From an uncultured Candidatus Micrarchaeota archaeon (GTDB lineage Archaea > Micrarchaeota > Micrarchaeia > Burarchaeales > Fermentimicrarchaeaceae): 64,000 nt of DNA. Both the position numbers and the translations under genes were made by a program. The stretch is from the NCBI GenBank assembly GCA_963760615.1, contig CAVXDX010000007.1:1-64000 (forward strand), in the 5' to 3' direction. Shown here one piece after another: positions 56,548-64,000 of this stretch. The notes under the pieces are model-generated. The model made no database searches and had not been told where the DNA came from. It saw only the letters and a list, made by a program, of their open reading frames with translations. Position 1 is the first letter of the stretch. Every line of letters begins with the position of its first letter.

Positions 56548-56889
56548 TTATATGCAAAGCCTGTTCTTGGGAAGCTTGCTGCCAACCTTTATCCCCCTTC
56601 TTTTAGCCTCTCCCGCTTTCATCTCAATTAAATATTTCGCAGGTTTCTTAGGGGTTATTTTAGATGTGAATGGTTTAACCTCACTCCTTACGTCAACAAC
56701 AACACCTTTTGAGTTTAGGAAGACTGCATCAAAAGGGAAGAATACAAAGAAGGAGTGGATTGCACTCAGTTCCCTAGACTCTGACGGCATTATGAAGAGG
56801 AGGGGTTTCTTAATGTTTCTTCTGAACATGAGGCCCCGTAGTCTCTTCCGCGTCGTATCCGCAAGCTCAAATTCATCTGAGAAGGTCAC
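56548..56889 (-). CDS. DUF192 family protein
   Basis: LADT..KRLRGLMFR, IHSFFV.FP.D..FL, Y..E. Confidence 0.9.
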   Translation of the reverse strand: MTFSDEFELADTTRKRLRGLMFRRNIKKPLLFIMPSESRELSAIHSFFVFFPFDAVFLNSKGVVVDVRSEVKPFTSKITPKKPAKYLIEMKAGEAKRRGIKVGSKLPKNRLCI

Positions 56890-57581
56890 CTACCGAACCT
56901 CCTTTTTCTTTTTTTGTAATCTTCCAGCGCATCCTTCAAATCCTGCTCCGAGAAATCAGGCCAGAGCTTGGGGCAGAAGTAGAGCTCGCTGTATGCGCTC
57001 TTCCATGGCATGAAGCCTGAGAGCCTCTGCTCGCCAGATGTGCGTATGATTAAATCGGGATCCGGCAGTTCGCCGGTGGAGAGGTATTTGGGGAAGTCTT
57101 CCTCTCTGATGGACTTAAGCTTTCCATTCTTGCATTCTTTGAGAATGGAGTTGCATGCATCCACAATCTCCTGCCTTCCGCCATAGGCGAGGAGTATGTT
57201 CACAAAGTAATTGCTGTATTTCTCAGTCTCCTTCTCAAATTTTTCGATGCTCGCCCTCACTTTCGGAGTGAGCAGCTCCTTCTTCCCAAAAACCCTCACT
57301 CGTATCTTGTTCTCGTGGACCTCCTCGCTGTTTATCTCTCTTATCTTCTGCTCGAAGAGTTTCATAAGAAGCTGGACCTCATCCCTGTCCCTATCAAAAT
57401 TTTCCATGGAGAACCCCCAGAGGGTTACCATGCGTATATTCAGATTTCTGCACCATTCCAAAACTGTCCGGAGCTTGTTTATGCCTATCCTGTGCCCCTC
57501 TATGATGGGCAAGCCATGCTGCCTAGCCCATCTCCTGTTACCATCAGGTATTATTGCGAGATGCTGCGGCAGGTCTTGCAT
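56886..57581 (-). CDS. uppS: cis-prenyltransferase (polyprenyl diphosphate synthase)
   Basis: HLAIIPDGNRRWA, FSMENF.R, YGGRQEI, PDLIIRTSGEQRLSGF, RRFG; start placed at ATG 57581. Confidence 0.95.
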   Translation of the reverse strand: MQDLPQHLAIIPDGNRRWARQHGLPIIEGHRIGINKLRTVLEWCRNLNIRMVTLWGFSMENFDRDRDEVQLLMKLFEQKIREINSEEVHENKIRVRVFGKKELLTPKVRASIEKFEKETEKYSNYFVNILLAYGGRQEIVDACNSILKECKNGKLKSIREEDFPKYLSTGELPDPDLIIRTSGEQRLSGFMPWKSAYSELYFCPKLWPDFSEQDLKDALEDYKKRKRRFGR

Positions 57582-57697
57582 AGAATAATTGTTGGGGTAT
57601 GATGATTTATTATTGTTTACGTTCGGGCGTAGCACTGGGAAGGTGGTTGGTTGCTACAATGCGCATATATTTATTATTCACAGTGCTTTAAGAATTC

Positions 57698-59129
57698 ATG
57701 AATAAGAATACAGCTTTGGTATTACTTCTTTTTATTGTTCTGAACATCCTATCTGCCTTTTACCAACCGTTCTCAAAAAGTTTTTCTGTTGATGAGGGTC
57801 AGTACATACTCATAGCAAAAAAAATGCTGGATGGATGGGTTCCGTATAGGGATATAGTGGACAATAAACCGCTTGGCATGTATCTTTCGCTAATACCCGC
57901 TGTGCTGCTAGGCGGAAAGGATATGGTTAAGCTGAGGCTGTATGGAGCATTGATTGCCAGCCTCACCTCATTTTTAATTTTTTTGATAGGCGAGAAAGTA
58001 AAAAACAAACTTGCCTGGCCTGATAGGCGCTTTAGCATATATCTACATGGTGGCATTTCCCGGGTTGGGCGGCTATTTCTTGATAACCGAGCCCATGGCA
58101 AACTTATTTGTAGTTGCGCTTTTCTACATTTTATTATCCAAGGAAAAAACCTATTCAGATTTTTTTCTGATAGGGGCTCTGGCGGCCATATCCTGCTCCA
58201 TAAGGCAGAACTGCATTTTTGTTTTTGCCCCAATAATTTTTGACGTTTTATGTTGCAAGCAGAAAATGGATAAGAAAAAAATCACTGCAGCCTTCTTGTG
58301 CGGCATAGTGGTGATAGCTGTGCCTATGCTGCTCTACCTAACCCTAAACTCGGCACTCTGGGATGCAGTCTACTGGTGCGGCTATGCGAACATTAGATTC
58401 ATGCGTAACGGCGGGATTGAATGGAAAATAGAACAGCTCGGCAGTTTTTCAACTTTCTTCTATCCTCTCATACTATTTGCGGCAGCAACGCTGGTTGGTA
58501 TGACGCGGGAGAAGAAGCTGATGTGGCTATGGCTGCTCAGCGCCCTAGTCATGGTGCAGGTAGGTTACTCAGTACTCCACAACTATCTTCTTCTAGGCCC
58601 GCCCTTATCAATTCTTGCAGCTACGGGGGCTATGGAGCTTTATAAATGGAGCTCTGGCAAAGGCTGGTTTGCCAATGCCTGCAGAGGAGTATTTATATTC
58701 TTAGCCGCCAGCGCATTTTTGTTGGTTGTTTTTGAGCTTTGGACAATAGCCAAAATGGGAAGAGATGAGGAGAATTATGACAGGCAGTGGGCGGTAAGCG
58801 AGTATATCGCATCACATACTAACAAGGATGATGGGATTTTTGTGTTTATGGCAGACCCCTATATATACTACATAACGGATAGAAAGCCGGTTACTAGGGT
58901 GACATTCTTCTGGATTGAACTGCTGCAGTTTACTAATGATAGCGAGAAGAATGAGTACATATTCGGACCGCTTGAGAAAAGCAAACCGAAATATTTTGTG
59001 ATGAACCCTTTGTATTATGAAAACGACAGCAGTGTTATACCCATAAGAAATTATTTGAATGAGAGGTATACGCCTGTAGGGGATTGGGGGATGTATCATC
59101 TTTATGAGAGAAAACCGGGAAGTTCATGA
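57698..59129 (+). CDS. GT-C (ArnT/family 39-like) glycosyltransferase, one +1 frameshift near 58013-58016
   Basis: VDEGQY...G.VPY.D..DNKP in ORF 57698; removing one base from cttgcctggcctg restores KLAGLIGAL and joins ORF 58011. Confidence 0.8.
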
Positions 59130-59155
59130 TGCTTGCACTCTTCGTTCTCCCAATC

Positions 59156-60307
59156 TCATAGCAGTTTGTTGGATACAATGCTGCCGAATGCTTTGAGTAG
59201 AAAGCCTTTGAGCGGTGATGCGGCGGATGCAGAATTCAGCATGACCGTGGGGCTGTCCATATCGCCATGCTCAGCAAGAAACTTCTCGGCGCCAGTCCTC
59301 TTCGCAAGCTTGAAGTAGCCTTCTATCTGCCTGTCGCTCATGGAGTTGTAGATGCTCCTCATTCTTTCATGCAGTATAAGGTCCTTCCCGAATTTCCTCC
59401 TCCAGCTTATTTCATACTGGCTCGAATCCGCTCCCTTTAGTATGCTGGGCGCCATCCCCCCCGCTATCTTTGCGCAGTTCCCCCCGAAGATGATACCTCC
59501 ACCAGTAGTGGCTTTAACCTGCCCCGCTGCATCCCCAACAAGCAGAACTCCACTTGCGTATGTCTGCTCTCTGGGAGAGAGGGGTATGACGGCACTGAGT
59601 TCGTTTCTCTTCTTCGATTTTTTAAGAATCTTTGAAACAACTGGATGCCTCTTCACAAAATTATTGAAGTAATGCCTCGCCGGGAGGCTGTAGCTTCTCC
59701 GTATATCTCTGAAGACTCCAAGCCCAACCCGCGCTTCGGACTCATTCAATGGAATGCACCAGCCGAAAAAGCCTGGAAAGAGAGTATTTGATAGGAACAT
59801 TTCAACCACTCCCGCATCGGGTATGGGAACATTGATGAAGTCTGCTTGGCAGCAGAATGCGAAGTAGTTTATTTTAGGAAGTCGGTACCAGGCAGCAACC
59901 TGCGAGAGCGCCCCATCTGCGCCTATGATGAGTTTTGATTTCAGGTCTTTTCTCACAGCTCTCCTTCCAAGCAGAAGCTTTGCACCGCAACGCTCAGCCT
60001 CATCTGCGCATGTGGTGTCAAACTCCTTTCTGTCTATGACAAACGCCTTAATGTCTCTGCAGATTATGCTCATTCTATCCAGAGCAGGGGAGTATATTCT
60101 GGCTCCATATATACTGTTAAGAATTGCCTTTTTGTAGTCCACCCCAAGGCTGTCCAAGCCCGTCCTTGAGAGCAGGCCCGAGCATTTCAAGCGCGCTCCA
60201 ACCTCCTCATGCTCCTCAAGAATAGCAACATTGAGGTTTCTTTCTGCAGCCTCTCGCGCTGCTATGCAGCCTGCCGGGCCAGCACCTATAACCTGCATGT
60301 CATACAT
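59156..60307 (-). CDS. Geranylgeranyl reductase family flavoprotein
   Basis: GAGPAG, CSG, DRKEFD, GADG, FGWCIP, LVGDAAGQVK..TGGGI. Confidence 0.9.
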   Translation of the reverse strand: MYDMQVIGAGPAGCIAAREAAERNLNVAILEEHEEVGARLKCSGLLSRTGLDSLGVDYKKAILNSIYGARIYSPALDRMSIICRDIKAFVIDRKEFDTTCADEAERCGAKLLLGRRAVRKDLKSKLIIGADGALSQVAAWYRLPKINYFAFCCQADFINVPIPDAGVVEMFLSNTLFPGFFGWCIPLNESEARVGLGVFRDIRRSYSLPARHYFNNFVKRHPVVSKILKKSKKRNELSAVIPLSPREQTYASGVLLVGDAAGQVKATTGGGIIFGGNCAKIAGGMAPSILKGADSSQYEISWRRKFGKDLILHERMRSIYNSMSDRQIEGYFKLAKRTGAEKFLAEHGDMDSPTVMLNSASAASPLKGFLLKAFGSIVSNKLL

Positions 60308-60375
60308 AAAAACACCACATATTTCACGTATTTAAATGTTTATGTTTATATTACTAAAAATTATAAAGTGATTAT

Positions 60376-63018
60376 TTGAGCGGAGAATTTGAGTTCCTAA
60401 CTAGTGCAATTCCAATCTTCCTCTCTATTTTCATACCAGGGTTTCTGGTAGCATTGGCTTTGCTTAGAAAAACCAAGCTGCCGCTTCCAGCCATAGCCGC
60501 ATTCGGCTTCATACTTGGCTTGGTATTCCCACCCTTGCTGCTGTTCATATATTCGTTATTTGGTGTGCTCTACACGCCTCAGCTTGTCGTAATAAACCTC
60601 TTCATTGTAACAGCTGCGGGGTTGCTGCTGTGCATAAGGGAGGGCACCCTGAATTTTGGGCTGTCCTTCGAGTACAAGAGGGATGGAGCCTGGGTGTTGC
60701 TGCTCCTGATAATGCTGTTTGCATTCTGGGTCAGGATACAGAGCCTCAGCCCGATATTCTACGAGTTCGACCCCTATTACTATGACCAGATGACGCAGTT
60801 CATCCTGACAAAAGGTGCGGTCCCTCTAACGGATAGCCTAGCCTGGTATCCCTACCCCGACTCGCACAGAAACCAGCCGCTGGTGCAATACCTCGAAGCT
60901 CAGTGGTATTCAATCCACGGCTACCTCGCAAACAGCCAGCAGTTCGACAATTATCTGCTCGCCACAATTGCAGGGGTATACCCTCCGGTTGTTGCTGCAT
61001 TGCTATGTTTCCTAATTTTCATACTGATTTCGGAGGCGTATGGCAAGAAATACGGGCTCATCAGCGCAGCTTTGATTGCCGTAATGCCAATGATAATAGA
61101 GAAGTTCGCCGCAGGTGAGAGCGAACAGCAGCCGTGGGGCGTTTTCGCTGCCTTTTTCTTCTATGCGGCATTCGCGCTGGCAATTTCAAGGAAGGATAAA
61201 CGATTCGCAATTCTTGCCGGAATAGCCACTTTGACCGCCACGCTGGGGTCAAAGCAGGATGTGCTGGTATACCTGGTTGCGGCTGGTTATATTGGACTGC
61301 AATCGCTGGTGAACTATCTGCAGAAAAAATCAAATCTGGAGTTGATTAAAACAAGCGCCATAGTGCTGGCATTTACGCTTTTCGCTTATGTGCTGTACTC
61401 GTTGTACCTTGGATGGGAGGTACCAAGCGATATACTGAGTTTCAGCTCTGCTCTCATTTTTGCTGGTGGACTGTATTTTATTGACCAGAGAGCTAAGAAC
61501 CAGGATGAGAGGATAAACTACCTTGCGGGATATCTGCTTCTGGGTGCAGCTGCTTTTTTCATAACGTTTATTCCATCCTTCCCAGTCCCTATGGGACCGA
61601 GAATTTGGGGGTACATTACAAATACCGCAGCTGTGGCGCGTCCCAGCAGCGCGCTCATGATGACAGTTGCTGAGGAAAACCCTACAGCGCAGCAGTTTGC
61701 AAGCGCAATCGGGTTCCTGGGCAACAGCTCCGAAGCACTTTATGCAATACTTTTATTATCATTTCTGGCAATCGCGTATTCAGCATACCGCAAGTCTGAG
61801 CTGGGCATTTTGTTTGGCATAATGATATTCCCGATATGCTATGTGGGGCTGAGCAAGAGCAAGTATATGCTTCACGTCTCATTCATGATTGCCATTGCAG
61901 CCACGGTATTTTTCGGTGAGCTGGATAGAGTTCTGAGAGGCCCGCTTAAGAAGGAGTTCGGGGATTCGGCAGCATGGAGCGTTTTTGCAATTGCGCTAAT
62001 TGTGCTGGTTTCTGAGTGCTTCGTAACTCCGGGCAACCCGATAAGCTTCGGCGGACCAGTTATGGATGTTGTCGGCGGGACGCTGGACCCCAAGTATCAG
62101 CTCAATGATGTGAATGCTTCTATAGAACTGGGGAGGGATTGCAACCTCCTTGGGCAGGATGGCAAGTTTTTAGCAGGTTACCTGTTCTGTTCTCGCATAC
62201 CGGAGTACTGGAGAACTCCAATGGACTGGATAAAGGATAATGTGGGTGAGGATGAGAGGGTTATTTCGTGGTGGGATTACGGGCACTGGATAAACTACTG
62301 GGGGCAGAAGGAGTGCATTACCAGGAATGATCACCTACACCCAGATATGGACTTGGAGGTCGCGGACAAATTCGTGTCAAACACCCCAGAAGCACTGAAG
62401 AATTACATGATAGCGCATCATGCGAAATATGTGCTGTTCGACCAGGATTTGATTGGCAAATGGGGCGCTTTGGACTTCCTCTCCTGTGTTTATAACAATG
62501 GGACAAACATGGATTTTGCATTCAAGGAGGGCAAGAGGCTAGGTGGCATGTACCAACTGGGCACATCGACATGCGAGAGGGAGCATGAGTTTGAGAGGAT
62601 TTACATTCCAGAAGATATATCAGTAAATGACATATGCCAGCCGTCAGACCCGTCAAACCCATATGTGAGAGCGTATACCCTCTCGAATTACTCCTACTGC
62701 GTGCTGTTCAATACGCAGGGTGGAACCAGGAGGATAGCTAACATCGTCTACGAGGATAATATGAGCAGAGTTAACAGAGGTTTTCCATCCTTCAGCGGAG
62801 TTCAGTCGTCTGGTGGCAAGCTTTATGATGTTTACACAATGCTGTACACGCATGATATATGGCCTGATGGAAAGAGCGGATGGGATGACAGAAAGGGCAA
62901 GATGTATGACTCAACCTTCTATCAGGGCTTCTTCCTTGGGAATCTGCCAGGGTTTGAGCAGGTCTACCCCGCAAATAATACGGGCGGCTTGGTCAGGATA
63001 TTCAAGATTATTGGGTAG
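60376..63018 (+). CDS. aglB: Oligosaccharyltransferase AglB (STT3)
   Basis: EFDPYYY, VYPP, VAEE, SWWDYGHW, DLIGKW; TTG start. Confidence 0.92.
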   Translation: MSGEFEFLTSAIPIFLSIFIPGFLVALALLRKTKLPLPAIAAFGFILGLVFPPLLLFIYSLFGVLYTPQLVVINLFIVTAAGLLLCIREGTLNFGLSFEYKRDGAWVLLLLIMLFAFWVRIQSLSPIFYEFDPYYYDQMTQFILTKGAVPLTDSLAWYPYPDSHRNQPLVQYLEAQWYSIHGYLANSQQFDNYLLATIAGVYPPVVAALLCFLIFILISEAYGKKYGLISAALIAVMPMIIEKFAAGESEQQPWGVFAAFFFYAAFALAISRKDKRFAILAGIATLTATLGSKQDVLVYLVAAGYIGLQSLVNYLQKKSNLELIKTSAIVLAFTLFAYVLYSLYLGWEVPSDILSFSSALIFAGGLYFIDQRAKNQDERINYLAGYLLLGAAAFFITFIPSFPVPMGPRIWGYITNTAAVARPSSALMMTVAEENPTAQQFASAIGFLGNSSEALYAILLLSFLAIAYSAYRKSELGILFGIMIFPICYVGLSKSKYMLHVSFMIAIAATVFFGELDRVLRGPLKKEFGDSAAWSVFAIALIVLVSECFVTPGNPISFGGPVMDVVGGTLDPKYQLNDVNASIELGRDCNLLGQDGKFLAGYLFCSRIPEYWRTPMDWIKDNVGEDERVISWWDYGHWINYWGQKECITRNDHLHPDMDLEVADKFVSNTPEALKNYMIAHHAKYVLFDQDLIGKWGALDFLSCVYNNGTNMDFAFKEGKRLGGMYQLGTSTCEREHEFERIYIPEDISVNDICQPSDPSNPYVRAYTLSNYSYCVLFNTQGGTRRIANIVYEDNMSRVNRGFPSFSGVQSSGGKLYDVYTMLYTHDIWPDGKSGWDDRKGKMYDSTFYQGFFLGNLPGFEQVYPANNTGGLVRIFKIIG

Positions 63019-63020
63019 AA

Positions 63021-63853
63021 TTTACTACTTAACTCCTCCCTTGCAAGCGGCAATACGGACATGAAATAAAATTCAGGTTTCATACCTTTCCGCAATTTTT
63101 CCATAAGTTATATTTGATTGTCCCGTAACCATATCAGTATAGTTTATATAAACATCTAAGCAAGCCAGAGTACCGATATGGGCATCGGATGGTATTGAAC
63201 CATCCTTGTTTGTACAGTAGACTCTATTATTGGTTCCTTCACCAGAAATCTGAGCGGATTTACCAGTTGGTATTTGTATAGACTCATTTAGAGGTTCTAT
63301 ATAGGTGGGGGCGGATAGGTTAAAAGTTCTTACATTGATGCATTTCATACCAGTTACTCTTATTGCGTTCTTAAGACCACTTCCCAAAGTTAAACGAAAT
63401 TCAGAAGTTTCTGCATGTAGCATAGAACTCACGCAGCTAAGTCCTGGACTAAAATAACAGATACGGGGTGGTGAACAACCTAAATACCCAATAGAAAAGA
63501 AACAGATTAAAAATAGAATCAGTAACGTCGCTAAGAAAACTTCATGAGTATAGAATTTAAATGCCAGTGAGATGGCAATCATAACAACTGAAAAAACTAT
63601 GATTATCCCCACATACTGGTTGAGCTTTTGGGCGGTGGATGGTACTCCACAAGTTCCACATTCTGGACCTGAAAACGCATCATAAAATAGGATTATGGTA
63701 AGAACTATGATGGCTGCAATTGGAAGATATTTCAGAGCCCAGTGTGGATTCGGTTTATTTTCCTTCTTTATTCAACCACCTAATAATAGTTTCCGAGAAG
63801 GAGTATATTAAGCTTGCTTTGGCTTCAGAAGCAGTTCTGAGTTAAGTAGTAAA
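63021..63853. repeat. Perfect 15-bp inverted repeat (63021-63035 / 63839-63853) bracketing paralog B
   Basis: tttactacttaactc ... gagttaagtagtaaa. Confidence 0.85.
63073..63771 (-). CDS. 3-TM membrane protein with pilin-like C-terminal domain (paralog B); frame open to ATA 63771
   Basis: Stop-free extension IKKENKPNPHWALK...CGTC...QK aligns with the N-terminus of paralog A; C-terminus CYFSPGLSC...YCTNKDGSIP...RYE. Confidence 0.7.
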   Translation of the reverse strand: MKKENKPNPHWALKYLPIAAIIVLTIILFYDAFSGPECGTCGVPSTAQKLNQYVGIIIVFSVVMIAISLAFKFYTHEVFLATLLILFLICFFSIGYLGCSPPRICYFSPGLSCVSSMLHAETSEFRLTLGSGLKNAIRVTGMKCINVRTFNLSAPTYIEPLNESIQIPTGKSAQISGEGTNNRVYCTNKDGSIPSDAHIGTLACLDVYINYTDMVTGQSNITYGKIAERYET

Positions 63854-63898
63854 AATGACTATACCGTTCAAGATAAAGGATTGAGTTTTTAGAAAATT

Positions 63899-64000
63899 CT
63901 ATTCTGCGGTTTTAAGCCATTCAATGTAACGCTTTACCCCTTCCTTCAGGCTGACTTTTTTCTTCCAGCCCATCTTCTCAATCTTCTTTGTGCTGAGCAG
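63899..64000 (-). CDS. C-terminal end of a probable NAD-dependent epimerase/dehydratase (partial)
   Basis: LSTKKIEKMGWKKKVSLKEGVKRYIEWLKTAE*. Confidence 0.7.
   Translation of the reverse strand: MLSTKKIEKMGWKKKVSLKEGVKRYIEWLKTAE

Overview
Archaeal chromosome segment, most likely DPANN/Micrarchaeota-like. This is an inference from archaeal RFC, class I CCA-adding enzyme, pelota, ABCE1, AglB, and a tRNA-Leu(UAA) with a BHB intron at non-canonical position 30/31. About 2.6-35.6 kb is a mosaic surface-glycosylation island between rfcS and pelota. It holds many GT2/GT4 enzymes, five GT-C/STT3-type membrane proteins (one an AglB paralog), a flippase, NDP-sugar epimerases, six class I methyltransferase domains and a B12-binding radical SAM enzyme, with an AT-rich core at about 7.8-24.8 kb. 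The island's junctions retain four relic 3' gene ends, which suggests growth by repeated cassette insertion at gene ends. The rest is mostly housekeeping: ileS, pelota (broken by two +1 shifts at UGA) head-to-head with ABCE1, a lipoprotein serpin, nucleoside salvage genes, dph6, ribL, asnS, AlaX, cca, an ABC transporter, PAC2, a solo TnpB element, and an uppS/GT-C/GGR/aglB cluster. Two paralogous 3-TM pilin-like genes are present, one flanked by a perfect 15-bp inverted repeat. No CRISPR array, rRNA gene or integrase was seen. All family calls come from motif recognition by eye; no searches were run.
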